From: Candidatus Dormiibacterota bacterium
Lineage (GTDB): Bacteria > Chloroflexota > Dormibacteria > Aeolococcales > Aeolococcaceae
Assembly: GCA_963709585.1 (NCBI GenBank)
Contig: CAVPXI010000021.1
Span: 32,001-96,000 of the forward strand
Direction of reading: 5' to 3'
DNA length: 64,000 bases
Position 1 is the first letter of the stretch; each line of letters begins with the position of its first letter. Position numbers and translations under genes: made by a program. Of this stretch, positions 1-11,372 are shown piece by piece. The notes beneath the pieces were generated by a model. It ran no database searches and had not been told where the DNA came from. It was given only the letters and a program-made list of their open reading frames with translations.

Positions 1-82
1 CTTCAGCGACCCGGACGGCAACACCTGGTCTTTGCAACAGCTGCCGGCATGGTCTTCGCAGCAGCCCCCGGCGCGCCAGTAG
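1..82 (+). CDS. VOC/glyoxalase family protein, C-terminal fragment (cut by window edge)
   Basis: Frame from nt 2 reads FSDPDGNTWSLQQLP...TAG; DPDGN is the VOC C-terminal motif. Confidence 0.7.
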   Translation, partial: FSDPDGNTWSLQQLPAWSSQQPPARQ

Positions 83-97
83 GGACGCCGACTCCGG

Positions 98-832
98 TTA
101 CCGAGCTGGCTGCGCGCGGGGGCCGCCGATGGAGATCCCGAAGGCCTCTTTCAGGATCAGCTTGATCATCTTCGGCTTCACCGCCACGGTCGCAACCGCC
201 AGGGTCTTGCGGCGGAACTGAGGGCTGGCGGTCTGTTCCAGCATGCAGGCAGCCAGGTCGGCCCTCGACGTGAAGTGCTCGGGCAGAAAGCCTTCGGCGA
301 GGCGGTACTCGGTGACCGTGGGGGTCTCGAAGAGGCCCGACGGACGGATGATCGTCCAGTCCAGGTCGCTGGCCATCACGAGCTGCTCCATCCTCAGCAG
401 ATCCGCGTACATCGTCTTGCCGATGACGTTGGCAATGAACGGTTTGAGGACCTTTTCGAAAACGAAGCCGCCCCCGGTGTTCCGGGACCGCGTCACCGGA
501 TCGGTGACGCTCGAGCTGACGCAGACCAGGCGGCGAACCTGCTGGTCGCGCATCGCCTGTACGATGTTCGCGACGCCGACCGAGTAGAGGGTGATCGGCT
601 TGCGGCTGTACCTGGTGCCGAGGCTCGAGAGCACCGCATCCTGCCCTGCAACAGCCTGTCGCACCGCGGCGGGATCGAATGCGTCGCCCTGGACCACGTG
701 CAGCCGCTCGTGACGAATCGGGAAGGCGTCGGCATGGCGCGTGAACGCCGTGACCGTGTGGCCGGCCTCGAGAGCCTGCTCGGTCAGGAGACGACCGGTC
801 GAACCGTTGGCGCCGAAGATGACCAGTTTCAT
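98..832 (-). CDS. NAD(P)H-binding protein (flavin reductase/BVR-B-like atypical SDR)
   Basis: MKLVIFGANGSTG Rossmann motif; DWTIIRPSGL; SRADLA. Confidence 0.88.
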   Translation of the reverse strand: MKLVIFGANGSTGRLLTEQALEAGHTVTAFTRHADAFPIRHERLHVVQGDAFDPAAVRQAVAGQDAVLSSLGTRYSRKPITLYSVGVANIVQAMRDQQVRRLVCVSSSVTDPVTRSRNTGGGFVFEKVLKPFIANVIGKTMYADLLRMEQLVMASDLDWTIIRPSGLFETPTVTEYRLAEGFLPEHFTSRADLAACMLEQTASPQFRRKTLAVATVAVKPKMIKLILKEAFGISIGGPRAQPAR

Positions 833-858
833 GGGGGCCTCCGTGGGCGGATTTGCGA

Positions 859-919
859 TCAATCAGTTGATTGAGGCAGGCTAGCACGCCGTCCACCACC
901 GCGTCAATCAACTGATTGA
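859..919. promoter_or_regulatory. Two TCAATCA-N2-TGATTGA palindromes, probable TetR operators
   Basis: 859-874 TCAATCAGTTGATTGA and 904-919 TCAATCAACTGATTGA are exact reverse complements, lying between divergent reductase and TetR genes. Confidence 0.8.
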
Positions 920-941
920 GTGGTAAACTGAGGCTACCGAG

Positions 942-1541
942 ATGGAGAAGCTGAGCGGCGTGACCAAGCTGAGCGCTGCAGATTCGCCGCCCGTCGACCG
1001 GCGCCAGGACCTGGTGGCCGCCGCGTATCAGCAGATCGCACGCCTTGGGTTCGAAGGGCTCCGCACTCGCGACGTCGCAGCCGCGGCCGGGGTCAACGTC
1101 GCGACGCTGCACTACTACTTCCCGACCAAGGAAGCGCTCATCGGCGGTGTCCTGAAGCACTCGATGGAACGGTTTCGTTCGACCATGCCTGCCGGCGGGT
1201 CACCCACCGAGCAGCTGCGCAACCACTTCAAGGGCATCCGACGCCTGGTCAACGAGGAGCCCGAGCTCTTTGCGGTCATGGGCGAGCTGGCGCTGCGGTC
1301 AGCCCGCGACCCCGCCATCCGTGAGCTGTATCAGCAGACGACCGATATCTGGCAGGCCACGGTGCGTGGCCTTCTCGTCAAGGCAGCGCGCGACGGTTCG
1401 CTGGCCGGATCGCGGAATCCGGACGCGCAGGCGTCGCTGGTCGTCTCGGCGCTCACCGGCGCGTCGATGATTCCGCTCTCGCGGCCGGCGCGGTTGAAGG
1501 AGACCATCGCGGAGCTCGAGCGATCCCTCAGGCTCAGCTGA
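942..1541 (+). CDS. TetR/AcrR family regulator
   Basis: GFEGLRTRDVAAAAGVNVATLHYYFPTKEAL HTH. Confidence 0.92.
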   Translation: MEKLSGVTKLSAADSPPVDRRQDLVAAAYQQIARLGFEGLRTRDVAAAAGVNVATLHYYFPTKEALIGGVLKHSMERFRSTMPAGGSPTEQLRNHFKGIRRLVNEEPELFAVMGELALRSARDPAIRELYQQTTDIWQATVRGLLVKAARDGSLAGSRNPDAQASLVVSALTGASMIPLSRPARLKETIAELERSLRLS

Positions 1542-1631
1542 GGCAGCGCCGTGCGCAGTCCGCCTCAGCCCTCGAAACGCGGGCGATCCCCATCATGGTG
1601 GGATGCAAATCCGTTTCGACGCTGAGCCCCG

Positions 1632-2585
1632 ATGAGAGCCGTCGTTCATGACACGTATGGGCCGCCCGACGTCCTTCGCGTCGAGGATGTCGCTCGGCCG
1701 GTACCCGGTGACGACGAGGTCCTGATCAGGATCCGCGCCACCACCGTGAGCCGGACCGATTGCGCGCTCCGCGCCGGCGAGCCGTTCTTCTCCCGATTCA
1801 TCACCGGTGTCCGCCGGCCGAGACGGAGGATTCTCGGCAGCGACCTGGCGGGCGAGGTCGAGGCAGCCGGCATTGCGGTCACCCAGTTCAAAGCGGGTGA
1901 CCACGTCTTCGGGATCAAGCCCTGGAAGTTCGGCGCCCATGCGGAGTACATCTGCATGCAGGAAGGCGCCGCGCTGGCGCAGATGCCCGCCGGCGCAGCC
2001 TTCGACGAAGCAGCGGCGGTCTGCGACGGGGCGATCCTGGCGCTGAACTGCCTGCGACCGGGAAAAGTCAGGACCGGGCAGTCGATCCTCATCTACGGCG
2101 CGTCGGGATCCATAGGCACCGCCGGCGTGCAGCTGGCGAAGTCACTCGGTGCGCAGGTCACCGCGGTGTGCAAGACCCAGAACGCCGAGCTGATGCGGTC
2201 GCTCGGGGCCGGCGAGGTCATCGATTACACCCTGGAAGACTTCACCAAGAACGGCCAGACCTACGACGTCATCTTCGATGCCGTCGGCCATCTTTCGTTT
2301 GCGCGCTGCAAGGCTTCGCTCAAAGCCGGGGGCGTCTTCCTGCCTACGGATGGATTGAAGAACCTCGCGCTGGCCGCATGGACCGCCCGGGTCGGCGACC
2401 GCAAGGTGGTGTTCAAGCTTCCTCCGAAGTTCACGAAGCAGGACGTGCTCTTCCTCAAGGGCCTCATGGAAGCCGGGAAATACCGCGCGGTCATCGATCG
2501 ACGCTACCCACTCGAACAGGTCGTCGAGGCCACCAGGTATGTGGAGTTGCACGAGAAGACCGGAAACGTCGTCCTGACGGTCTGA
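1632..2585 (+). CDS. MDR-family NAD(P)-dependent alcohol dehydrogenase / quinone oxidoreductase
   Basis: MRAVVHDTYGPPDVL; GASGSIG; IDRRYPLEQ...GNVVL. Confidence 0.9.
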   Translation: MRAVVHDTYGPPDVLRVEDVARPVPGDDEVLIRIRATTVSRTDCALRAGEPFFSRFITGVRRPRRRILGSDLAGEVEAAGIAVTQFKAGDHVFGIKPWKFGAHAEYICMQEGAALAQMPAGAAFDEAAAVCDGAILALNCLRPGKVRTGQSILIYGASGSIGTAGVQLAKSLGAQVTAVCKTQNAELMRSLGAGEVIDYTLEDFTKNGQTYDVIFDAVGHLSFARCKASLKAGGVFLPTDGLKNLALAAWTARVGDRKVVFKLPPKFTKQDVLFLKGLMEAGKYRAVIDRRYPLEQVVEATRYVELHEKTGNVVLTV

Positions 2586-2606
2586 GACGAATATTCCGCT
2601 GACGGC

Positions 2607-3279
2607 TCAGACGTCTCTGGTGCCGGGAACCACCAAACCGCTTTCGTACGCGAGAACGACGAGCTGGGCGCGATCCCGTGCGCCGATCTTCGACATCGTC
2701 CGGCTGACATGCGTCTTTGCGGTCAAGGGGCTCAGGAAGAGCCGCGCGGCGATCTCGTCATTGCTGAGACCGCCACCGACCAACGTCAGCACCTCCCGCT
2801 CGCGCGCGGTGAGATCTGCGAGTCCGGCCGGGTCCGCCGTCGGGGCTGAGGGCCGCGATGCGATGTCTGCGATGAGGCGCCGGGTGACACCGGGTGAGAG
2901 CAGCGCATCGCCGCGGGCGATGACGCGCACCGCCGCGATCAAATCGGCCGGTTCTGTGTCCTTGACGAGAAAACCACTGGCTCCCGCGCGCAGCGCCTGG
3001 TACACGTACTCATCGGCTTCGAAGGTGGTGACGATAAGCACTCGAACCGATGCAAGGTCAGCGTCCGCGGCGATGCGTCGGGTTGCCTCGAGACCGTCCA
3101 TCCCCGGCATGCGGATGTCCATCAGCACCACGTGCGGATGCGTGTCCCTCGCCAGCCTGATTGCCTGCGCGCCGTCGGATGCCTCACCGACGACCTCGAT
3201 GTCGTCGGCTGAGTTCGAGCAGCATTCGAAATCCGCCTCGCACCAGGGCTTGATCGTCGGCGAGGAGCACGCGGATCAT
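2607..3279 (-). CDS. NarL/LuxR family response regulator (apparent frameshift near 3214)
   Basis: MIRVLLADDQALVRGGFRMLL in one frame joins VVLMDIRMPGMDG...LTAREREVL...TAKTHVSR in another. Confidence 0.88.
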
Positions 3280-4514
3280 GCGCTTCCGTCGAGCGGCAGT
3301 TCGGCGTGCACCACGAAGCCGCCGCCCGGCGACGATCCCGCCTCGAACGTCCCTCCCGCGGCGAGCGCGCGCTCACGCATTCCCACGAGCCCATGGCCTG
3401 CACCCGAAGCCGCGACATCGGCCGGGCCATCGTTCGCGGATGCGCCTCGTCCGCTGTCGCGGACTTCCACGCCGAGACGGTCGTCGCCCCACGCCAGGGA
3501 CACGGTGGCGCTGGCCGGACCGGCGTGGCGAATGGTGTTGGTCAGCGACTCCTGGATGATGCGATAGGCGGCCAGATCCACGGTGGCGGCGAGCCGCCGT
3601 GGGGTCCCGACGATCCGCAGCGTGGTGTTCAGCCCGGCGCGGTTCGTCGTTGCCAAAAGGTCGTCGAGCATGGCCAGCCCCGGTGCCGGTTGCGTCGCCT
3701 CGGCCTCGTCGGACTGGCGCAGCACGTTGACAATCGAGCGCATCTCGCGCAGCCCTTCCTTGCTGGCGAGCCGGATCGCTTCCAGTGCGGCGGCGGCGTG
3801 CTCGGGGTGATCGCGCGCGACGTGGGCAGCGGCACCTGCCTGCACGTTGATCATCGACAGCGTGTGCGCAACTGCGTCGTGCAACTCGCGAGCAATGCGC
3901 AACCGCTCAGCGTCGACACGTCGCGCCGCCTCCTCCTCACGGGTGCGCTCAGCCTGATCCGCGCGTTCCTCCACCGCGCGCAGGTAGGCACGGCGGTTGC
4001 CGAGGGCCACGCCGATCGACACAGCCGCCACGATCTCACCGGGAATGAGGAACTCGCCACCGCCGAGTGCGCCAAAGGGATTGCCGATCGCCGTCGTCAC
4101 CAGCAGAACTACCAATGTCACCAGTCCGGCGATCAGTGCCTCACGGCTCGACACGATGGTCGCCACCGTGTAGAGCGCAATCATCACGTCGAGAAGGGCG
4201 GTGCCGTTGACGTAGGCAAGCAATGAATACACCGCGACACAGGTCAGCGACACGCCCAGGACGGTGAGCGGAAACCGCCGCCGCCAGGCGAGGCTGATGG
4301 CGGCGATCGCGACCAGCACGAACACCATCCAGCTCGCGTTCGGGACCGCTGCGTGCCCGCCTGAGACCACGGTCTGCCCCAAGCCGTTCACTCGGCCATT
4401 GGCCTCGCCGATCGATCCGACCAGGGTCACCGCCAGCATCACCAGCGCGAGGATCCAATCCCGTACATCGAAGCGGCTGTCAGGGCGGCGGCGGAGTGCG
4501 AAGGCGGCGATCAC
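3276..4514 (-). CDS. Membrane sensor histidine kinase (HisKA_3)
   Basis: Multiple TM segments; ERLRIARELHDAVAH H-box; QESLTN; GHGLVGMRER. GTG start 6 nt after TACGCT. Confidence 0.9.
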   Translation of the reverse strand: MIAAFALRRRPDSRFDVRDWILALVMLAVTLVGSIGEANGRVNGLGQTVVSGGHAAVPNASWMVFVLVAIAAISLAWRRRFPLTVLGVSLTCVAVYSLLAYVNGTALLDVMIALYTVATIVSSREALIAGLVTLVVLLVTTAIGNPFGALGGGEFLIPGEIVAAVSIGVALGNRRAYLRAVEERADQAERTREEEAARRVDAERLRIARELHDAVAHTLSMINVQAGAAAHVARDHPEHAAAALEAIRLASKEGLREMRSIVNVLRQSDEAEATQPAPGLAMLDDLLATTNRAGLNTTLRIVGTPRRLAATVDLAAYRIIQESLTNTIRHAGPASATVSLAWGDDRLGVEVRDSGRGASANDGPADVAASGAGHGLVGMRERALAAGGTFEAGSSPGGGFVVHAELPLDGSA

Positions 4515-4571
4515 ACGTGGAGCGTACGGCGCTACGGCTGCGCACGCATCCCTCCTCGAGAGGCGTTCGAC

Positions 4572-4587
4572 TACTCCCACGGGAGTA
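4572..4587. promoter_or_regulatory. TACTCCC-N2-GGGAGTA palindrome, probable NarL-type regulator site
   Basis: Perfect 7-2-7 inverted repeat between divergent two-component system and MMPL gene. Confidence 0.65.
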
Positions 4588-4716
4588 CTCGTCACCGGGA
4601 ACAGGCAGATTGGAGTACGCAGATTGCCTCCTCTCGGGGGACGACGCACGCGTGGGCGCTGCCGAGACTGAGGGCGTCGGCTGATCAGAGCCCGGCGTCA
4701 CCAAGGAGGCAATCAG

Positions 4717-6853
4717 ATGACCCGCATCACCCGCTTTGCGCTCGGGCACCGGGCCCTGATCGTGCTGTTCTGGCTCGCGACCGCGGTCACCGGCGCAATG
4801 ACCGCCGGGCTCACCGCGAGCCGGATGACCAACAGCTTCTCGATGCCCGGGCAGGCGATCACGACCGACTCCCGGATCGTCTCCGAGTACGGCAGCACGG
4901 CTCAGGCACCGCTCGTGACCGTCGTCACGGCGCCTCGAGGTCAGCGCATCACCACCCCGAGCGTGACCGCGGCCACCGCGAGCATCTTCGATGCAGCGCG
5001 AGTTGGTGCGGGGGTGCACGTGGTCGACTACGCGTCGACGCACGACGCGGCGTTCATCACGCGCGACGGACGGTCGACGTTCTCGCTGACCTTCCTGCCA
5101 CCGGCAAACTACGACGGATCCGGCGGTCTCGAGCCGGTCATCGCGAAGGCTGTCGAGTTCCGCGACCCCCGCGGGCTGGCACACCGGTTTCACCAGCATC
5201 ACGTTGCTGCAGGCGCCGGCGGCGGCGAAGAGTGGTGGCACGAGCGTGCTTCTCGAGGCCATGGTCGGCGGGCTCGGCGCACTGGTGATCCTCGCCTTTG
5301 TCTTCGCCAGCTTTCTCGCGTTCCTGCCGCTCATCATGGGCGCGACGTCGGTGCTGTCGACCTTCCTCCTGGTCCTCGGCCTCACCACCATTACAGGCGT
5401 CAGCATGATCGTCGAGTTCCTGATCGCCCTCATCGGGCTCGGCGTCGCCATCGACTACTCCCTGCTGGTGGTGACCCGTTGGCGTGAGGAGCGCGCGCAC
5501 GGACGTGACAACGTCGCGGCGGTCGAGGCGGCGATGGCGCACGCGGGGCGGGCGGTGGTGTTCTCCGGGCTGACGGTGGCGGTCGGGTTGCTCGCGCTGA
5601 TCGTGCTCCCGGTGCCGATGCTGCAGAGCGTCGGCTACGGCGGCGTGCTGGTCCCGCTGGTCTCCGTGGCGGTCGCGGTCACCCTGCTGCCCGTCGTGCT
5701 CGCGACTGTCGGGCCGCGCCTCGACTGGCCGCGCCTCCGCAAGGAGAACAGCGCGAGCCGGATGTGGACTGCATGGGCACGCGGCGTCTACGGCCACCGC
5801 TGGCCGGCGGCGATCCTTGGCACCGTCATTCTTGGGTTGATCGCGTTTCCGGCGCTGTCACTGCAGCTCGGAGAGCCGGCGAGCACCTCGCTCTCCACGA
5901 CCGGCCCGGCCCGTGACGCGTTGACCACGCTCACGGCCGGCGGCGTTCCCAGTGGGGTTCTCACTCCGATCGTCGTGCTGACCAACGGAGCAACGAGCGT
6001 GACCTCAACGCTGGCGCATGTGCAGGGGGTCGACACGGCAGTCACCACCCCGGACCAGCAGCGCACCGACAGCGCGTTGATCACCGTGCTGCCGTTCGCT
6101 GAGGGCAGCCTCGGCGCCGGACAGGACACCGTGCGCGCGGTCCGCGCGGCGATCGGCTCCAATCCGGCCGTCGTCGGCGTCGACGGCGATGGAGCGCAGT
6201 TGATCGACTTTGACAACGCGGTCTACGGCAACTTCCCGCTCATGCTCGCGTTGATCGCGGTCGCGACGTTCCTGCTGCTGGCGCGAGCCTTCCGATCAGT
6301 GGTTCTCGCGCTGAAAGCCGTGGTGTTCAACCTGGTGTCTCTTGCCGCGGCGTACGGCGCGCTGACATTCATCTGGCAGCAGGGCCACGGCAGCCAGGCC
6401 CTGTGGGGCATTCCCGCATCGGGTGCGATCACCATGTGGGTGCCGCTGATGGTGTTCGCGTTCCTCTTCGGGCTCTCGATGGACTACGAGGTGTTCATCA
6501 TCGCCCGCATCCGCGAGGCGTACGACAACACCGGGTCGGCGCGTGCGGCGGTGATCGAGGGTGTCGGGCGTACTGGACGGCTGGTGACCAGTGCTGCGCT
6601 GATCCTGATGCTCACGTTCCTGTCGATGTCGAGCGGACCGCAGACCGACATCAAGATTCTCGCAACGGGGCTCGGCGCGGGCATCCTCGTCGACGCTGTG
6701 GTGGTGCGGGCACTGATGGTGCCGGCCATGGTTGCACTGTTCGGCCGCTGGAACTGGTGGATGCCGGTGTGGCTCGCCCGGATCCTGCGCGTCCCGGCCG
6801 CTCCGATCACCCGCCGCGTGCTACCCGCGCCACAGCTGGAGCGCGCTGCGTAG
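4717..6853 (+). CDS. MMPL/RND family transporter (apparent frameshift near 5160)
   Basis: GLGVAIDYSLLVVTRWREE and FGLSMDYEVF motifs; N-terminal part in ORF 4717, remainder in ORF 5204. Confidence 0.88.
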
Positions 6854-6864
6854 GAATCAGTCAC

Positions 6865-6895
6865 CAGGCCCCGTCGCAGTGCGCGGCGGGGCCTG
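6865..6895. terminator. GC-rich hairpin between convergent genes
   Basis: CAGGCCCCGTCGC-agtgc-GCGGCGGGGCCTG, 13-bp stem with one G-U pair, no U-tract. Confidence 0.55.
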
Positions 6896-6937
6896 AGCTG
6901 ACCACGCGGGGGCACTGCTCAGGCAGGCAGGGACCGG

Positions 6938-7739
6938 TCAAGAATCGAGGGCAAGGTGCGCCGCTCGTGCGGCTTCCTCGGCGGCGTCGGCGGCCTGCTC
7001 GGCATCCGACGCTTCCCCGGCGGCAAGCCGGGCTTCCGTCGCCAGCCGGTCCGCCTGCCGCCGCTTCTCGTCGGCAACGACTCGTGCACGCGCCGCAACT
7101 TCGTCCTGCCTGGCCGCATCGCGTTGCGCGTGGCGGTGCGCAACGACTTCGAGGCGGGCAGCTGGTCGGTCCTGCGTCGGTCCAGGAGAGTCCGAAGAAG
7201 TCCGCCGGCGCATCGGCTCGAGGATTGCCGAAAGCTCGGGGCCGTCGTTGCCGGGATCATCGATTGCTCCAAAGCCGGCCACATCGAGGTCACGATCGAG
7301 CGTGCCGGTCCACAGCGCGCGGCGTTCGGGTGCGCCGCCGGTTGCAGCCGCCTGGAGCGTGGCGCGGATCCGGCGGCCGGTCTCGTCGCTCGCGGCGTGG
7401 CCGGCGCTCGCGAGCATATCCGTGGCGGCACGAGCCGCGGCCTCGACTTCGATCGCGCAGCCGCCCCGTGGCGGCCAGGAGATCCTCTCGACTTCTCGTC
7501 CCTGCGGCGGCGTTCTGGTGAGCGTCGCGCGCATCGGCTCCGACCGCCAGAAGCTCGGTGATCAGCGCAGGGTTGTCGACGGCGAGCTGGTCGATCGCCC
7601 ATACGCCCACGGAAGGCTTGCGCAGCTTGCCGATGGCGAGAGCCGTATCCCGATCCGTGGCTCGAAGTTCGCGAGCCATCGCCGATCTCCGTGCGACGAA
7701 GTCCTCCAGCGGGCCGTGGTACAGGCCGGCGGTTTCCAC
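6938..7739 (-). CDS. Conserved hypothetical helical protein (apparent frameshift near 7480)
   Basis: LYHGPLEDFVARR...KLRKPSVGVWAIDQL resembles an actinobacterial-type hypothetical family; Ala/Glu/Arg coiled-coil tail lies in a second frame. Confidence 0.6.
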
Positions 7740-7785
7740 GACTCAGGAGTGTGACGCCGCGATCGGCTGACCCGGAGCCCAGTGC

Positions 7786-9469
7786 TCAGGACATCCGTGA
7801 CGAGTGCGCGAACGCGAGGTACTCGTGGACCGAGCGCACCGCGGCGGAACCCTCTCCAACGGCTGCCGCGACTCGCTTGGTCGAGCCGGCGCGCACGTCG
7901 CCGACCGCAAAGAGCCCCGGATAGCTCGTCTCGAAGGGGAGCGGCGGGCGATCCAGCTCACCCCACCGGGCGTCGTCGCGCCCCGAGTTCGAGTGCCCGG
8001 TCGGTGAGCAGAAAGCCGCGCTCGTCAAGAGCAGCGCATCCGGACAGCCACTCCGATGCCGGCCGGCGCCGATGAACGAGAAGACCGCAACGCATTGCAC
8101 GGTCTGGTCGCCGTCGGGGCCTGTCAGGGTGACCGATTCGAGCGTCCTGGAACCATCCAGCGCGGTGATCTGCGTGCTGGTTCGGATATCGATGCGCGCA
8201 TCAGCCTCGATCCTGTCGACGAGATATCGCGACATGTTCTTGTTGAGATCATCGCCGCGAATCACGAAGATGACCGGGCTGCCCGACTCGGCGAGAAACA
8301 CCCCCGCTTGTCCGGCGGAGTTGCCTCCGCCCACCACCACGACCGGTGCAGGGCTGCAGAGTTCGAGCTTCCATCTCGGTGGCCGCGTAATACACACCGT
8401 TGCCCTCGAACTCATCGAGGCGCGCCACGTCCAGGCGCCGGTAGCGCGCACCGGTGGCGGCGATCACGGCGCGGGCGGCGACATCGGTCCCGTCAGCGAG
8501 GCGGATCACCAGGTGCCCGCCCTGCTCCCGGAGCGCGGTGGCGGCGCACGGGCTGGTCAGGTGGGCGCCGAACTTCTCTGCCTGCACGAAGGCGCGCTCG
8601 GCCAGGTCGGCGCCGGTGATGCCGGTCGGAAAGCCCAAGTAGTTCTCGATACGGGAACTCGCCCCGGCCTGCCCACCGACCGCGATCCGCTCGAGCACCA
8701 GGGTTCGCAGCCCCTCCGAGGCCCCGTACACCGCTGCCGCAAGGCCGGCCGGATCCCCGCCGGCCACGACAAGGTCGAAGCATCGGTCCGGGATGCTTTC
8801 GATGGTCAGCCCCAGGTAGGACGACAGGTCTCCCGGCGTGGGGCGGCGCAGGACCGTTCCCGATGCGATGACAACCGGCAGCTCGTCGGGCGCGACGTTG
8901 AAATCGCGAAGGAGGCGTTCAACTGAGCCGTCTCGGTCCGCGTCGATCCACTCATGGGGGATGCGATTTCGGGTCAGAAATTCCCGCAGTTCGAGCGACC
9001 CGGGCGAGAATCGTGAGCCGACGACGCGGATGACCGCCGCGGCCCCGATGCGCAGCGCCGACCGGCGCGCGAGAAACGCGCCGAGGATCCGGTCGCTGAG
9101 GGTGGGATCGGTGGCGAGGATGCGTCGCAGCGCATCCGCAGGCACCACGATCACCTCGCCGGGCTCCGCCACGCGGGCCGACACGAATGCTCGCTGGCCG
9201 GTCAACAGACTCAACTCACCCAGGAAGCGCCCCGCACCGTGTCTCGCGATCGCCTGCTCCTCGCCGTCGGTCCGCGTCAGGATTTCGGCCACCCCGGACA
9301 GGACCACAAAGAACTCGTAGGCGGCGTCGCCTTCCTGATACAGGTACTCGCCCGCGTCGATGGATCGCCGGGTTCCCAGCTCGTCGAGCAGAGCGATTTC
9401 GGCGTCATCGAGCGTGGGGAAGGCAACGGGATCGTCGAGCGTGGGGAAGGCCACGGGATCGTCAGCCAT
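7786..9469 (-). CDS. cNMP-binding domain + thioredoxin-reductase-like FAD oxidoreductase (several apparent frameshifts)
   Basis: GRFLGELSLL cNMP domain; GGQAGASSRIENYLGFP; ATGARYRRL; GGGNSAGQA; FAVGDVRAGSTKRVAAAVGEG. Confidence 0.85.
9408..9461. repeat. 27-bp tandem duplication encoding DDPVAFPTL twice
   Basis: tcgagcgtggggaaggc(a/c)acgggatcg twice, one synonymous mismatch. Confidence 0.9.
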
Positions 9470-9890
9470 GAGGGCTCCACATGACTTCCCACAGGTGCCC
9501 GTCGAGGTCTCGAAAATAACCGGAGTAGATCCCCCACGGGCGGTCATGCGCGCGATCGGTCACCGTTGCACCGGCAGCCTCAGCCGCGATGAGGAGTGTG
9601 TCCACATCCTCTTTGGCGTCAACTGCGTGGCCGATACTGAATTCGCCTGTCTTTGGTGGCCCGAACGGAACATTCGCGTCCTTCGCCAACTTCGTGCGCG
9701 GGTAGAGAGCCAGAACGAGCCCGCCGCTCAATCGAAACATCACCACAGCCCCATCCGGGGTGGATTCGTCGCCGGTGAACTCGGTGCCGACTACGCCGGG
9801 AGAGTCCAATCCGAGCCCGTCACGGTAGAAGGTGAGCGCGCGATCGAGGTCGCTGACCGCCAGCGTGATCACATTGATGGTGGGTTGCAT
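9462..9890 (-). CDS. VOC family protein
   Basis: ITLAVSDLDRALTFY; WGIYSGYFRDLDGHLWEV. Confidence 0.9.
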   Translation of the reverse strand: MQPTINVITLAVSDLDRALTFYRDGLGLDSPGVVGTEFTGDESTPDGAVVMFRLSGGLVLALYPRTKLAKDANVPFGPPKTGEFSIGHAVDAKEDVDTLLIAAEAAGATVTDRAHDRPWGIYSGYFRDLDGHLWEVMWSPHG

Positions 9891-9953
9891 CGCTTTCTCC
9901 GGCGGGTGGGCGCTTGAGACCATTGTGCCGTGGTTCAGACCGCCACCTGGTGC

Positions 9954-11195
9954 CTAGACCGCCTCGCGGTGAGCGCGGCCGGTCAGCCTTTCGAAGGCCA
10001 ACGCCGCTGCCGCGACCAGCGCCACGAATCCGCCGTAGCCAAAGGAGGTATTCAACAGTCCGATGTGGGTGGTGATCAGGCCTGCCGCCATCGCCGGGAC
10101 GCTGAACGCCAGGTAGCTGACCAGGTACACAGCCGAGAGCAACGCCGCCCGCTCGTGCGCCTCGGCCAGCTGGCTCACCGAGCGCAGCGCTCCGAGAAAC
10201 GCGGATCCGAAGCCGCCACCTGCAAGGATTGCCGCCGCGAGGAACACGGCGATCGAGGACGTTCCAAGGGCGACGAGGAACAGGCCCGTCCCGACAAGCA
10301 GCGCCGTGCTACCCACACGAGCCATGGTCGAAGGCGACAGCTCGCGTCCCGCCACCGCGGCCGCGGCGGCTGAGAAGGGGAACAAGCCGATCAGCGCACC
10401 GACCACCGCGTGATTGCTCTGCTCGAAGATGACTGCGAGCAGCGAACCACCGAGAGAGAGAATCAAGCCGCCCAGCGCCCAGGTGGCCACGATGGTTGGA
10501 ACGGCACCCGCGAATGCACGTCGTGCCCGCGTCGGAACCGCGACCTGCGGGCGCAGCGCCGCCACCGCGCCCGGCACGCGCCGCGCGGTTTCCGGCAGTG
10601 CGACGGTGGCTAGCGCCGACGCGACAAAGATCGCGGTGAGAATCGCGAAGATCAGCCGGGTCGGATCCGGAGCGTACTGCACCAGTATTCCCGTTGCCGT
10701 CGCGCCGACACCGAGGCCAAATGTCGGAGCGACACTGTTGAGCAGCGAGCCCAGCCGGGACCCGTCGGCCGGCTGCAGATCCAGCAGGTACGCCCCCAAC
10801 ACACCGATTGCGGCACCGGTCGCCAGCCCCTGGACCACGCGTGCGGCCAAGAGCCAGCCGACTCCGTCGGATCCGAGGAACAACGCCATCGAACTCGCCT
10901 CGACGATGAGGGCGCCCGCCAGCACGACGCGACGCCCAAGGTAGTCGGACAGCCTTCCGACGGTGAGAAGACTCGCCATCAGAGCGAGGACGTACACCGC
11001 GAAGATCACCGTCAGCGTGAGCGCCGAGAATCCGAACTCGGCCTGGTACACGGGATACAGCGGACTCGGGGCGCTCGACGCTGCGGGCACCATCGCCGCC
11101 ATTGCGGCGACCACCCAGAACGCGACGCTGCGCGGCAGCACGCGCGCGGTCGTCTCGCCGCCCACCGATGGTGGCCTTGTGGACAACTGGGTCAT
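9954..11195 (-). CDS. MFS transporter
   Basis: About 12 TM segments; GRLSDYLGRR motif A; ARVVQG. Confidence 0.92.
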   Translation of the reverse strand: MTQLSTRPPSVGGETTARVLPRSVAFWVVAAMAAMVPAASSAPSPLYPVYQAEFGFSALTLTVIFAVYVLALMASLLTVGRLSDYLGRRVVLAGALIVEASSMALFLGSDGVGWLLAARVVQGLATGAAIGVLGAYLLDLQPADGSRLGSLLNSVAPTFGLGVGATATGILVQYAPDPTRLIFAILTAIFVASALATVALPETARRVPGAVAALRPQVAVPTRARRAFAGAVPTIVATWALGGLILSLGGSLLAVIFEQSNHAVVGALIGLFPFSAAAAAVAGRELSPSTMARVGSTALLVGTGLFLVALGTSSIAVFLAAAILAGGGFGSAFLGALRSVSQLAEAHERAALLSAVYLVSYLAFSVPAMAAGLITTHIGLLNTSFGYGGFVALVAAAALAFERLTGRAHREAV

Positions 11196-11196
11196 G

Positions 11197-11268
11197 TCAC
11201 GCCCCGCGGTACGAAGCCTTCGTGAGTGCTTCGGGACCGCCGAACTCGGTCAGCCCGATTGCCTTCAT
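11197..11268 (-). pseudogene. 23-codon remnant of an MDR/quinone oxidoreductase
   Basis: Translates MKAIGLTEFGGPEALTKASYRGA*; the first 15 aa match the typical MDR N-terminus. Confidence 0.55.
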
Positions 11269-11372
11269 GACGGCGCCGCGTTCCGGATCGCCGGTGTCAG
11301 CCGGGCGTCGAACGCCCGAGAGGGCGCTCCCGCGGACACAGCAGGCACAGGCCAGAAATCTGTGTCAACCCA

